From Rickettsiales bacterium (GTDB lineage: Bacteria; Pseudomonadota; Alphaproteobacteria; Rickettsiales; UBA1997), in NCBI GenBank assembly GCA_031289855.1, contig JAITOR010000075.1, positions 7,702 through 71,701 on the forward strand: a stretch of 64,000 nt of DNA, given 5' to 3'. The first letter of the stretch is position 1. Each line of letters opens with the position of its first letter. The notes beneath the pieces were generated by a model that saw only the letters and a list, made by a program, of their open reading frames with translations, did not search any database and had not been told where the DNA came from. This document shows positions 8,782-18,725 of this stretch, one piece after another. The position numbers and the translations under genes were made by a program.

Positions 8782-8943
8782 ATAATGATAAAAATAAAAT
8801 TGTATATTATTAGAAAATTTGTGGAACATTAAGGATGTGATGGAAACGATTATAGGGAAAAAAAACGATTGAAAGAAATATAAAAATAGTGTGATAAATT
8901 TATTTGCTTTTTATTTTTAATATTTTAGAATGTGAAAAGAGCT

Positions 8944-9018
8944 TCCACAATAGCTCAGTGGTAGAGCAGTAGACTGTTAATCTATTGGTCGCAGGTCCGA
9001 TCCCTGCTTGTGGAGCCA
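8944..9018 (+). tRNA. tRNA-Asn (GTT)
   Basis: I folded the cloverleaf by hand. The acceptor tccacaa pairs with ttgtgga, the anticodon loop is ctGTTaa, the T arm is gcagg/cctgc, and the 3' CCA is encoded. Confidence 0.9.
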
Positions 9019-9020
9019 TT

Positions 9021-9671
9021 TTATATGCCAATCAGTTCTTCAAAACTATCGATAATATGGCCAGGTTTTGTTTTTTCCATATCTTCTTTGGTGTAATATC
9101 CCCATGACACACCAATTGTTTTGATGCCAGCATTTTTACCACCATCTATATCAGCATCTGTGTCTCCAATTATGTAAGAATTATTCTTATCAAAATTCAA
9201 TTCTTCCAAAATTTCCAAAATCAAATCAGGAGCAGGCTTTGGATTTTTGTTCCTTAATTTCACATCATCCCTTGTTTTAAATGTTGTAAAATATTTTTCT
9301 AAATCATAGTGTTTTAAAATTTGCATAGTGGAATTTTTTTCCCTTGAAGTGCAAATCGCCAATGTATTTCCATCGTTATATAACTTTTCAATGGTTTCTT
9401 TTGTTTTGTCAAATAAATTTGGCACATATTCCATATTTTTAATTTTATTTGTAATAAAAATAAATGCTTTATCCATTATTTCTCTTTGTTTGTCCTTTTC
9501 TACATTCCAACCAAAGTCATATAAATCTGGATTAGAATAGCCATAGCAAACTAAATCTACATTTGGTGTTGGCAAAGAATTATTTTTAGAATATTCGATA
9601 ATTCCTCTTTTTACGATTGTTTTTGTATCTGCAATAGTGCCATCAAAGTCAAAAATATATAAATTCTTCAT
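9021..9671 (-). CDS. HAD-superfamily hydrolase (phosphatase)
   Basis: Motif I is DFDGTIADT, with a downstream Ser/Thr motif and the GDTDADIDGGKNAG motif. Confidence 0.75.
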   Translation of the reverse strand: MKNLYIFDFDGTIADTKTIVKRGIIEYSKNNSLPTPNVDLVCYGYSNPDLYDFGWNVEKDKQREIMDKAFIFITNKIKNMEYVPNLFDKTKETIEKLYNDGNTLAICTSREKNSTMQILKHYDLEKYFTTFKTRDDVKLRNKNPKPAPDLILEILEELNFDKNNSYIIGDTDADIDGGKNAGIKTIGVSWGYYTKEDMEKTKPGHIIDSFEELIGI

Positions 9672-9769
9672 ATTGTTGTTATTGTATGATTTTGATTGTT
9701 TAAGTCAAATAATTTTGTTTTTTCTATTCAACTTTAGTATTTTTTACTTATACAATTCAACTAAAAATA

Positions 9770-10030
9770 AAATAGAGTGATTCTTTAAAATGGTTCACTC
9801 AAGACCATTCTTGCAATAACAAAATCTCTATTGAGATTAACCCGAAGGTTATGCAGCTAAAGCAAGGTCTGAATTATCTTCAGCATTTATGTTTTGAACT
9901 ATTACGGTTGTATCTTGCCGGACAAAATCATATTTTTCGATGTATGTCTAAGCTAATCATCCCCTTAAAAATGGTGGAGATGCCGAGTTCCGCCCTCGGG
10001 TCCATATCATTTATTATATATAACGTTTAT
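9770..10030 (-). ncRNA. ssrA: two-piece (circularly permuted) tmRNA; outer boundaries approximate
   Basis: On the minus strand the acceptor piece ends ...GGACCCGAGGGCGGAACTCGGCATCTCCACCA, with its 3' end at 9972. Seven nt later the coding piece starts GGGGATGATTAGCTTAGAC at 9964. GGGGATG pairs with CATCTCC and includes the G3:U70 alanine identity pair. The tag frame ends GCT GAA GAT AAT TCA GAC CTT GCT TTA GCT GCA TAA (9884..9849), giving ...AEDNSDLALAA. Confidence 0.8.
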
Positions 10031-10288
10031 CATCATAGTCATAAAGACGTACTTATTATAATATATATTACACAATAAGTCAAATTAATTCACCATAATT
10101 AAAAATAATTTTTTGATTTATTAAAATATAATAATATAAAATATTAATATTATTAATAATATGGTTATTTTGTAATTATGTTTTACCAGAAAAAAGGTTT
10201 TAGGATGAGATATGTTTTTATTGTAGTTATTGGCCTGTTACTGCTCTTTTATGTGATTGACAAAATATATTCAAATATAGGAGATTAT

Positions 10289-12076
10289 ATGACAATTAAA
10301 AAAAATACTGACAACTTAAACCATATGCCATCTTGGAATTTGGATGACCTGTATTTGTCGGTGGATGATGAAAAAATAAATAGTGATTTAATCCTTTTGA
10401 CTAAAAAAATTGCTACATTTAAATCTGTTTATAAAAATAATGTAAAAAAATTACCTGCAAACGAATTGTATAAATCATTGGAGGAATTTGAGGTTATACA
10501 AGAGATGGAATCAAAATTGAGTAGCTACGCATATTTGAAATATGCGGAAAATTTATCCGTTGATGAAAGTGTAAAATTTTATCAAAGTATTGTGGAAAAA
10601 TTAACAAAACTTGAAAGTGAATTAGTATTTTATACATTGGAAATCAATAAATTAGAACAAAAAAAGTTAGATCAATTTTACAAAGAAAGTAAAAGTTTAG
10701 CATATTATAAACAAGTTGTAGAAGATATGCGAGTTATGAAACCTTATCAACTTGAAGAAAACTTGGAAAAATTGTTGCTTGAAAAAAGTGTAAGTGGTAG
10801 AAATGCTTGGAGCAGGCTTTTTGATGAAACAATTGATAATATGGAATTTACATATAAAGATGAAAAATACAACGAAGCAAAAATGCTTGAAATGATGAAT
10901 GGTGGAAATAACAATGTAAGACGTGATACTTCAAAAATATTTGGTGAAACTTTGGGTAAAAATGCGAAACTTTTCGCATATATCACAAATACATTGGCGA
11001 AAGATAAAGAAATAAATGATACATGGAGAAAGTTTAAAACACCGATTTCCTCAAGAAATTTGAGTAATTTAATTGAAGATGATGTGGTGGAAAATTTAAG
11101 ACAAACCGTAAGAGCAAACTATGAAAAAACTGCTCATAGATACTATAAATGGAAGGCAAAACAATTTAAAAAAGAAAAATTACATTACAGTGACAGAAAT
11201 GCCCCACTTCCATTCTCTGATGACAAGTTATATACTTGGGAAGAAGCAAAAGAAATTGTTAGAGAGGCATACAATGATTTTTCACCAAAAATGAGGGAAA
11301 TTGGAGATAAATTTTTCGACAATAACTGGATAGATGTGCCAACAAGACAAGGGAAAAGGGGTGGCGGATTCATGTCTCCAACAACTCCAAAGGTTCATCC
11401 GTATATTTTGTTAAATTATACTGGCAGAACAAGAGATGTTATGACATTGGCCCATGAATTGGGACATGGAATACATCAAAGTTTGGCGGACAAACAGGGA
11501 TTTTTTATGAGTCAAACACCATTGACTTTGGCGGAAACTGCAAGTGTTTTTGGTGAACAATTGACATTTAGAAAATTATTAGCCAATGCAACTGGCAAAA
11601 ATAAAAAAGCAATTTTATCTGGTAAAATTGAGGATATGTTAAATACCGTTGTAAGGCAAACAGCATTTTTAGAATTTGAAATAAGAATTCACGATGAAAG
11701 AAAAAAAGGAGAAATTCCGTTAGAAAAAATAAACGAAATTTGGTTAGATGTGCAAAAAGAAAGTTTAGGTGCTGATAATTTCGAATGGGGTGAGGAATAT
11801 AAATATTACTGGACCTATATACCGCACTTTATACATAGCCCATTTTATGTTTACAGCTATGCTTTTGGTGATTGTTTGGTGAATTCTTTGTATAAAATCT
11901 ATCAAGAAAACCCAAATGGATTTCAAGATAAATATATTACATTGTTAAGTGCCGGTGGTTCAAAACGATACACGGAGTTATTAAAGCCACTTGGATTAAA
12001 TCCAAAAGATCCTTTATTTTGGCAAAAAGGAGTTGATGTTTTAATACAAATGATTGATGAATTGGAAAATATGTGA
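10289..12076 (+). CDS. pepF: oligoendopeptidase F (M3 family)
   Basis: The ORF opens at 10178. I prefer the ATG at 10289 (MTIKKNTDN...), which is preceded by AGGAGA. It contains the zinc motif HELGHGIH. Confidence 0.8.
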   Translation: MTIKKNTDNLNHMPSWNLDDLYLSVDDEKINSDLILLTKKIATFKSVYKNNVKKLPANELYKSLEEFEVIQEMESKLSSYAYLKYAENLSVDESVKFYQSIVEKLTKLESELVFYTLEINKLEQKKLDQFYKESKSLAYYKQVVEDMRVMKPYQLEENLEKLLLEKSVSGRNAWSRLFDETIDNMEFTYKDEKYNEAKMLEMMNGGNNNVRRDTSKIFGETLGKNAKLFAYITNTLAKDKEINDTWRKFKTPISSRNLSNLIEDDVVENLRQTVRANYEKTAHRYYKWKAKQFKKEKLHYSDRNAPLPFSDDKLYTWEEAKEIVREAYNDFSPKMREIGDKFFDNNWIDVPTRQGKRGGGFMSPTTPKVHPYILLNYTGRTRDVMTLAHELGHGIHQSLADKQGFFMSQTPLTLAETASVFGEQLTFRKLLANATGKNKKAILSGKIEDMLNTVVRQTAFLEFEIRIHDERKKGEIPLEKINEIWLDVQKESLGADNFEWGEEYKYYWTYIPHFIHSPFYVYSYAFGDCLVNSLYKIYQENPNGFQDKYITLLSAGGSKRYTELLKPLGLNPKDPLFWQKGVDVLIQMIDELENM

Positions 12077-13209
12077 TGAAAAAATATTTATTTGTTTTTT
12101 TAATATTGTTGTCTTGTAAATCAAAAAAAGAGATAGTGGGTGAGAGAATACAGATTTTTAAAGAAAATGATAAATTTGTAATAGAAAGCAAAGAAAAAAT
12201 AGAAGTTAATGGCAAATTAGAAACCTATACTTCATATTATGGCGATGGCTCAAATTTAAATGTGAATATTGAAAATTTTAAAGTTGATTTTGAGTTGCAA
12301 GATAAATATTTTTCCAACATAGTTTATGTGGATAAAACTTTGTATTATGTGGATAAAAATGGAAAATTGAATGGGAAATATAAGATTGCTGATGATATAA
12401 AATTTGCAAAATTGTCTTATGACAAGGATACTTTTTATTTAACAACTGGTAAAAATTTGGTTGTCGCATTTGAAAAAGACGGACATGTAAAATGGAGCAA
12501 GGAATTAAATGTTATACCAATTTCCGCACCCGTAATTGATGGAGACAGTTTGTATTTTATTACAAACAATAATAAAACTTTTTGTTTAAACGCAAAGAAT
12601 GGACAAATCAAATGGATACATTATGGCAACAATTCTACATCAAAAATATTAGGAGTTGCCAATCCAGTGGTTTATAATGATTATGTGATAAGCGGTTATT
12701 CCACCGGTGATTTAATCTTGATAAATCGTACGACGGGGCAAATGATTTTAAACATTAAACTATCTTACAAGGGTTTTTTTAATTCGCTGTTTGATTTAAC
12801 TGATACGGATAGCACACCAATTATAAAAAATGATGTTTTATATGCTTCGGCAAGCAGTGGGAATACAATAGCATTTAATTTAAAAAATATAAAAGTATTA
12901 TGGGAAAAAGAAATTTCAACCATTGCAAATATTTTGGTCAACAATAATACGATTTATTTGCTGGATACTAATAACACAATATTTGCCTTAAATAATAAAA
13001 ATGGTAAAGTCATTTGGTTCAAAAAACTTGAAGATAAAAAGAAGTTTAAAAGTTTAATGTTTGCAAATAGTAAAATTTATGCATTTAATGAGAATGGATA
13101 TCAAGTTATAAATAGTATGGGTGAAATTGAAAAAAAAGAGAAAGAAAGTTTAAAATTGTACGGTAAGACGATTAGTGTGGATGAAAAATTGTATGGAGTG
13201 GGAAAATAA
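12073..13209 (+). CDS. bamB: outer membrane protein assembly factor BamB-like lipoprotein
   Basis: The lipobox is FLILLSC. Repeated G-x-x-x-W propeller blades are visible (DGHVKWSKEL, NGQIKWIH, NIKVLWEKE, NGKVIWFKKL). The start overlaps the pepF stop as ATGA. Confidence 0.7.
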   Translation: MMKKYLFVFLILLSCKSKKEIVGERIQIFKENDKFVIESKEKIEVNGKLETYTSYYGDGSNLNVNIENFKVDFELQDKYFSNIVYVDKTLYYVDKNGKLNGKYKIADDIKFAKLSYDKDTFYLTTGKNLVVAFEKDGHVKWSKELNVIPISAPVIDGDSLYFITNNNKTFCLNAKNGQIKWIHYGNNSTSKILGVANPVVYNDYVISGYSTGDLILINRTTGQMILNIKLSYKGFFNSLFDLTDTDSTPIIKNDVLYASASSGNTIAFNLKNIKVLWEKEISTIANILVNNNTIYLLDTNNTIFALNNKNGKVIWFKKLEDKKKFKSLMFANSKIYAFNENGYQVINSMGEIEKKEKESLKLYGKTISVDEKLYGVGK

Positions 13210-13226
13210 AATATATTTATAAAAGG

Positions 13227-14303
13227 TCAAACATTTGCATTCGCTAATTTTCTAACTTCTTCGTCGGCTATTAATCCGTCAATAATTTCATCCAAATCAC
13301 CTTCATTTGTAATTTGGTCAATTTTATATAATGTTAAGTTTATCCTATGATCGGTTACTCTGCCCTGTGGATAATTATAGGTTCTAATCTTTTCACTTCT
13401 ATCACCGCTTCCAATTTGTTCCTTTCTATCTGCAGACCTTGCCTTATCTTTTTTGCTTCTTTCAATGTCATACAACCTTGCTCTTAAAACTTTCATTGCT
13501 TTTTCCATATTTTTATGTTGACTTCTTTCATCCTGCTGTTGAACCACAATACCTGTTGGTAAATGTGTTACCCTTACGGCACTATCTGTAGTATTTACGC
13601 ATTGCCCTCCTGGTCCACTACCTCTAAAAATATCAACCCTCAAATCTTTTTCTTCAATCCTTATATCCACATCTTCAACTTCCGGAAGTACAGCAACCGT
13701 TGTTGCTGATGTATGAACTCTACCCTTTTGCTCTGTTTCTGGCACTCTTTGAACCCTGTGAGCACCTGATTCGTATTTTAATTTTTTAAAAACATTTTGT
13801 CCTTTTATTGAAAATGTGGCATCTTTTACACCACCTAAATCTGTTTCGGCAAGTGCAATTATTTCAAATTTCCATCCTTGTTTTTCTGCATATCTTTGAT
13901 ACATTCTTAATAATACGGCACCAAAAAGTGAGGCCTCTTCACCTCCCGTTCCCGCTCTAATTTCAATGATTGCGTTTTTTTCATCATCCTCATCCTTTGA
14001 AAGTAACATAATTTCAATTCCTCTTCTTAACAATGGAACTTTTGCTCTTAATTCACCAATTTCATCTTCAACCACTTGTTTCATTTCATTATCCAAACCA
14101 CCAATCTTTATCATTTCCTCATCATCAGTAAGAGATTTATTGGCTTTTTGAAATTCTATAATTTTTTTCACCAAATCACTCAAATTTGATTGTTCTTTTG
14201 AGTATTTTACTATTTCTTCACCAGTAATTCCTTCCTGTTGTAGTTTTTGCCCCAAGTCATTATACTTGTTAACTATATCATTTAATTTATTTAAAAGAGT
14301 CAT
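13227..14303 (-). CDS. prfA: peptide chain release factor 1
   Basis: The GGQ motif ([16 protein letters not shown]) and an RF1-type PxT tripeptide ([13 protein letters not shown]) are both present. Confidence 0.95.
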   Translation of the reverse strand: MTLLNKLNDIVNKYNDLGQKLQQEGITGEEIVKYSKEQSNLSDLVKKIIEFQKANKSLTDDEEMIKIGGLDNEMKQVVEDEIGELRAKVPLLRRGIEIMLLSKDEDDEKNAIIEIRAGTGGEEASLFGAVLLRMYQRYAEKQGWKFEIIALAETDLGGVKDATFSIKGQNVFKKLKYESGAHRVQRVPETEQKGRVHTSATTVAVLPEVEDVDIRIEEKDLRVDIFRGSGPGGQCVNTTDSAVRVTHLPTGIVVQQQDERSQHKNMEKAMKVLRARLYDIERSKKDKARSADRKEQIGSGDRSEKIRTYNYPQGRVTDHRINLTLYKIDQITNEGDLDEIIDGLIADEEVRKLANANV

Positions 14304-14354
14304 AAAAGATTATTGAATATTTAAAATGTAAAATCAAATATTTAATTAATCTTC

Positions 14355-15308
14355 TTATTTTTGCATATCTTTTTCAATTTCCATTGCTGCAATCGCACCA
14401 TATCCAGCAGCAATTACCCCCTGTTTAAATTTTTTATTTACCACATCACCCACAGCATATACTCCATTAATATTGGTTTTTGCACCATCAGGTTGTGTTA
14501 CAATATAATCATTTTCATCCAATTGTAGATAAGTGTTTTTGAAAATTTTTGTTCCAGGTTCCCTTCCAATTGATATAAATACACCACTTAAATCGATTTG
14601 TTTTGTTTCATTGTTTTTTATATTTTTAATTTTGATACCACTAACTTTTGTGTCGCCAATTATTTCCTCTACTACATTTTCACCAACAATTTCTATATTC
14701 TTCGTATTCTTAATTTTTTCCAACATTTTGTCGCCCATTCTAAACTCATTTCGTCTATGTATTAAATACACTTTACTACATAAATGTGATAAATGTAAAG
14801 TTTCAGTGCCCGCTGAATTACCGCCGCCAACCACAGCAACATCTTTTCCTTTATGGAAATTTCCATCACAAACCGCACATGCTGAAACTCCACGACCTTT
14901 AAATTTTGTTTCACTTGCTATATTTAAATATTTTGCCTCTGCACCAGTGGCAATAACTATATAATTTGCCTCATAAATTTCATTATTTTCCGTTTTACAT
15001 TTAAAGGGTCGTTCATTAAAATTTATACTTACAATTTTTTCATAAAAAATCTCTGCACCTAATCGTTGTGTTTGTTGCATAATATTTGACATTAAATCGG
15101 CACCAAGTATACCATTTACAAACCCTGGATAATTTTCAACTTCAGTTGTAGTTATAAGTTGCCCTCCAATTTCTCCACCTGTAAAGAGGGCTACTTTTAA
15201 ATTATCTCTTGCTAAATATATTGCTGATGTATTACCAGCAGGTCCCGAACCTAATATTATAACATCATATTTATTTGTCATGTTTGAATTATGATTTGTT
15301 TTTAACAT
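14355..15308 (-). CDS. trxB: thioredoxin-disulfide reductase
   Basis: It has GSGPAG (FAD), the redox-active CAVCDG and GGGNSA (NADPH). The true start may be the internal MTNKYDVIILG at 15281. Confidence 0.9.
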   Translation of the reverse strand: MLKTNHNSNMTNKYDVIILGSGPAGNTSAIYLARDNLKVALFTGGEIGGQLITTTEVENYPGFVNGILGADLMSNIMQQTQRLGAEIFYEKIVSINFNERPFKCKTENNEIYEANYIVIATGAEAKYLNIASETKFKGRGVSACAVCDGNFHKGKDVAVVGGGNSAGTETLHLSHLCSKVYLIHRRNEFRMGDKMLEKIKNTKNIEIVGENVVEEIIGDTKVSGIKIKNIKNNETKQIDLSGVFISIGREPGTKIFKNTYLQLDENDYIVTQPDGAKTNINGVYAVGDVVNKKFKQGVIAAGYGAIAAMEIEKDMQK

Positions 15309-15321
15309 AAGTCAAAATTAT

Positions 15322-15351
15322 TTGACAAATATATATTTTACATGTTATAAT
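15322..15351 (+). promoter_or_regulatory. consensus sigma70 promoter (TTGACA-N18-TATAAT) of the luxS leader
   Basis: Both hexamers are perfect. The ATG of a 16-codon mini-ORF follows 6 nt after the -10. Confidence 0.6.
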
Positions 15352-15357
15352 ATAAAC

Positions 15358-15408
15358 ATGTTTAGTAAAAAAATAATTTCTGTTTGTATGTGTTGTGATA
15401 AGCAATGA
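15358..15408 (+). other. candidate leaderless leader peptide MFSKKIISVCMCCDKQ
   Basis: I read the ORF codon by codon from the sequence. It has three Cys and one Met in four consecutive codons (TGT ATG TGT TGT). The stop lies 31 nt before the leader terminator. Confidence 0.35.
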
Positions 15409-15438
15409 TATAGGCGGGTATGATTTTGTTTTTTGTTG

Positions 15439-15466
15439 TCATATCTTGCAAAAGATATGATTTTTT
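15439..15466 (+). terminator. intrinsic terminator/attenuator inside the luxS 5' leader
   Basis: A perfect 9-bp stem (tcatatctt/aagatatga) closes a GCAA tetraloop and is followed by a T6 run. The hairpin ends 9 nt before the luxS AAGGAG. Confidence 0.6.
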
Positions 15467-15484
15467 ATTAAAAAAAGGAGATTT

Positions 15485-15949
15485 ATGGTAAAACATATAG
15501 TAAAAAGTTTTAATTTAGACCACACAAAGGTCAAAGCACCTTTTATAAGATTGGCGGATGTAATAAAAACACCAAGTGGTAAAGATATAATCACAAAATT
15601 GGATTTGCGATTTACACAACCAAATAAGGAATTTTTGGATATGCCGTCAGCACATACTTTGGAACATTTGTTGGCAACATATTTAAGAGAAGGTAAAAAA
15701 TACAATATCATAGATTTATCTCCCATGGGTTGTCAAACTGGATTTTATATATCTTTATTTGATGAAATAAATTTAACAGAATTTAAGGAATATTTTATTT
15801 GGGGATTAAAAAAAGTATTAGAAACAATTGAAATACCGGGAGCCACTGAAATAGAATGCGGAAATTATAAAAGTCATTCATTGGAAGGGGCAAAAAAATT
15901 TGCAAAAAAAGTATTAGATAGCGAAATTGGAATAATGGAAACCTATTAA
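15485..15949 (+). CDS. luxS: S-ribosylhomocysteine lyase
   Basis: It begins SFNLDHTKVKAPFIRL, carries the metal-binding HTLEHL motif and has the expected size. AAGGAG lies 5 nt upstream of the ATG. Confidence 0.85.
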   Translation: MVKHIVKSFNLDHTKVKAPFIRLADVIKTPSGKDIITKLDLRFTQPNKEFLDMPSAHTLEHLLATYLREGKKYNIIDLSPMGCQTGFYISLFDEINLTEFKEYFIWGLKKVLETIEIPGATEIECGNYKSHSLEGAKKFAKKVLDSEIGIMETY

Positions 15950-16001
15950 GGTGCAAATATTATAAGTAATTTTCTTATTTAAATAATTATTGAATTATTT
16001 T

Positions 16002-16029
16002 TTGACAATTAAAAAATAATGTATATTAT
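16002..16029 (+). promoter_or_regulatory. sigma70-type promoter (TTGACA-N16-TATTAT) ahead of tRNA-Gly and tuf
   Basis: The hexamers and spacing were read from the sequence. It lies about 65 nt upstream of tRNA-Gly. Confidence 0.45.
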
Positions 16030-16094
16030 ATGAAATGTATATTTGTCGAACTACTCATCAATTGTGTAGGAGATAGTGTATAAACTTTATAGAA

Positions 16095-16168
<74 letters not shown>

Positions 16169-16197
16169 TTTAGTAATTATAAATTAAAGAGAAAAAT

Positions 16198-17388
16198 ATG
16201 GCAAAAGAAAATTTTGATAGGTCAAAAGTTCATGTGAATATTGGAACGATAGGACATGTTGACCATGGTAAGACTACATTAACTGCTGCGATTACGAAAG
16301 TTCTTGCAGAAAAAGGGGGTGCTGAATTTCAGGCATATGACCAAATTGATAAAGCACCAGAAGAGAAAGCAAGAGGTATTACAATTACTACGGCTCACGT
16401 TGAATATCAAACAGCAAAAAGACATTATGCTCACGTTGACTGTCCTGGACATGCCGATTATATAAAAAACATGATTACGGGTGCTGCACAAATGGATGGT
16501 GCGATTTTAGTTGTTTCTGCCGCTGATGGTCCAATGCCTCAAACAAGAGAACACATTTTATTAGCACAACAAGTTGGTGTACCATATATCGTAGTTTTCT
16601 TAAATAAATGCGACATGGTTGACGATAAAGAATTGTTAGATTTAGTTGAAATGGAAGTTAGAGAGTTATTGACTTCTTACAAATTTCCTGGTGACGTAAC
16701 ACCAATCATTAGAGGATCTGCTTTAAAAGCACTTGAAGGTGATAAAGGTGATTTGGGATACAAATCAATTGAAGCATTATTGGATGCAGTAGATTCTTAC
16801 ATTCCTGACCCAACAAGAACACTTGATAAACCATTCTTAATGCCAATTGAAGATGTATTTTCAATTTCAGGTAGAGGAACAGTTGTTACAGGTCGTGTTG
16901 AAAGAGGTATAGTAAAAGTTAACGAGGAAATTGAAATTGTGGGCTTGAAACCAACAATAAAAACTACTTGTACTGGTGTAGAAATGTTTAGAAAATTGCT
17001 TGACCAAGGGCAAGCCGGTGATAATGTTGGTGTATTATTGAGAGGAACAAAGAGAGAAGAAGTTGAAAGAGGACAAGTGCTTTGTAAACCAGGAACAATA
17101 ACTCCACATGCTAATTTTGAAGCAGAAATTTATGTGCTTACAAAAGAAGAAGGTGGACGACATACGGCATTTTTCAACAATTACAGACCACAATTTTATT
17201 TTAGAACTACGGATGTAACTGGAACTGTTACTTTGGGCGCTGATATAAAAATGGTTATGCCTGGTGATAACACTAAAATCACCGTTGAATTGATTTCACC
17301 AATTGCGATGGAAGAAGGATTGAAGTTCGCCATTAGAGAAGGTGGAAGAACAATCGGTGCTGGTGTAGTGTCAAAAATTATAAAATAG
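16198..17388 (+). CDS. tuf: elongation factor Tu
   Basis: The G motifs [14 protein letters not shown] and NKCD are present, with full-length EF-Tu similarity. Confidence 0.98.
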   Translation: MAKENFDRSKVHVNIGTIGHVDHGKTTLTAAITKVLAEKGGAEFQAYDQIDKAPEEKARGITITTAHVEYQTAKRHYAHVDCPGHADYIKNMITGAAQMDGAILVVSAADGPMPQTREHILLAQQVGVPYIVVFLNKCDMVDDKELLDLVEMEVRELLTSYKFPGDVTPIIRGSALKALEGDKGDLGYKSIEALLDAVDSYIPDPTRTLDKPFLMPIEDVFSISGRGTVVTGRVERGIVKVNEEIEIVGLKPTIKTTCTGVEMFRKLLDQGQAGDNVGVLLRGTKREEVERGQVLCKPGTITPHANFEAEIYVLTKEEGGRHTAFFNNYRPQFYFRTTDVTGTVTLGADIKMVMPGDNTKITVELISPIAMEEGLKFAIREGGRTIGAGVVSKIIK

Positions 17389-17400
17389 TTGTAAATTAAA

Positions 17401-17436
17401 GGAAGTTGGATTAAACTAACTTCCATTGGTTTTTGA
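17401..17436 (+). terminator. intrinsic terminator after tuf
   Basis: The stem ggaagtt/aacttcc is followed by a T-rich tract (attggttttt). Confidence 0.5.
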
Positions 17437-17447
17437 TTATTTATAGT

Positions 17448-17521
17448 AGGGGCATAGTTCAATGGTAGAATATCGGTCTCCAAAACCGCTTATGTAAGTT
17501 CGATTCCTACTGCCCCTGCCA
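17448..17521 (+). tRNA. tRNA-Trp (CCA)
   Basis: Hand-folded. The acceptor aggggca pairs with tgcccct and the anticodon loop is ctCCAaa. Its position between tuf and secE is the canonical one. Confidence 0.9.
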
Positions 17522-17542
17522 ATAAAATAAAGAGAAATAAAA

Positions 17543-17737
17543 ATGTTAGAATTAAGAAAGATAAAAAATTATATTGTAGATGTTAGAAATGAATATAGAA
17601 ATATAGAATTTCCAACAAGTCAAGATGTGACAAAAACTACAATTTCTATTGGAATTATAATTTTTATTGCAGCATGTATAGTGTGGCTCACTGACTTTTT
17701 AATTTCTTATGTTATTAAAATAATTTTTGGGATGTAA
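17543..17737 (+). CDS. secE: preprotein translocase subunit SecE
   Basis: A 64-aa protein with a single C-terminal TM helix, sitting in the conserved tRNA-Trp/secE/nusG position. Confidence 0.85.
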   Translation: MLELRKIKNYIVDVRNEYRNIEFPTSQDVTKTTISIGIIIFIAACIVWLTDFLISYVIKIIFGM

Positions 17738-17739
17738 AA

Positions 17740-18255
17740 ATGGCAAATTGGTATATATTAAATGTTATTGCGGGACAAGAAAAAAATGTTGAAGAAGAGA
17801 TAAAAGCACTTGCAAAAACATATTCGGTGATAAAAGATACATTTATTCCAGAGAAAAAAGTTGTGAGAACTATAAGAGGTAAAAAGCACGATTTATTGCA
17901 AAAATTATTTCCATGTTATGTGTTTATCAATATGGAAATGGAAAATGACGCAAGAATTGCAATTAAAAACTTGAATAGAGCATTGGATTTTCTTGGATAT
18001 GAAGGGAAACCAAAAATCGTTTCTGATGCTGAGGTTGAAACAATCAGAAGAAAAGTAGAACAAGATGATGGAAGTGCCGAGGAGAATGCTTATTCAATTG
18101 GTGATTCCGTGAAAATCACAGAAGGATCATTCGAATCATTCACTGGTATAGTGGAAGCGATAGATTTGGAAAAGAAAATTTTAAAAGTATCAATTTCTAT
18201 TTTTAGTAGACAAAATGATGTTGAGATTGAAACTAGTAAGGTTGAAAAGGTTTAA
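17740..18255 (+). CDS. nusG: transcription termination/antitermination factor NusG
   Basis: It starts WYILNVIAGQEKNV (NGN domain) and has a C-terminal KOW-like segment GDSVKITEGSFESFTGIV. Confidence 0.92.
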   Translation: MANWYILNVIAGQEKNVEEEIKALAKTYSVIKDTFIPEKKVVRTIRGKKHDLLQKLFPCYVFINMEMENDARIAIKNLNRALDFLGYEGKPKIVSDAEVETIRRKVEQDDGSAEENAYSIGDSVKITEGSFESFTGIVEAIDLEKKILKVSISIFSRQNDVEIETSKVEKV

Positions 18256-18271
18256 TTTAAAGGAGTGAAAA

Positions 18272-18712
18272 ATGGCAAAAGATAATAAAAAAGAGGTAAT
18301 TGGATTGATTAAATTACAAGTTCCATCAACCAAAGCGAATCCTGCACCACCTATAGGTCCAGCATTAGGACAAAAAGGTGTAAATATTATGGAATTTTGT
18401 AAGCAATTTAACGAAAGAAAGTTTGATTATCCTGCGGGAACTCCAATTCCTACAATAATTACGGTTTATAAGGATAAAAGTTTTACTTTTGAAACTAAAC
18501 AACCACCAGTAACTTATTTAATACAACAGGTAACAGGAATTAAAAAAGGTTCTTCTGCTGTAGGAAAAGAAATTATTGGTAAAATTACCAATAAGCAAAT
18601 TAAAGAAATTGCAGAGAAGAAAATGGTTGATATGAATGCCGATACAATAGAGCAAGCAGCGAGTATGATTGTAGGTTCGGCCACATCAATGGGTTTAGAA
18701 GTTGTTGAATAA
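18272..18712 (+). CDS. rplK: 50S ribosomal protein L11
   Basis: [34 protein letters not shown] is the L11 signature. Confidence 0.97.
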   Translation: MAKDNKKEVIGLIKLQVPSTKANPAPPIGPALGQKGVNIMEFCKQFNERKFDYPAGTPIPTIITVYKDKSFTFETKQPPVTYLIQQVTGIKKGSSAVGKEIIGKITNKQIKEIAEKKMVDMNADTIEQAASMIVGSATSMGLEVVE

Positions 18713-18725
18713 TTAGGAGATTAAA

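Noticed and set aside
9851-10078. 75-aa + strand ORF in the 9672..10177 gap
   Set aside because: It overlaps the minus-strand two-piece tmRNA, which explains the region's conservation and structure.
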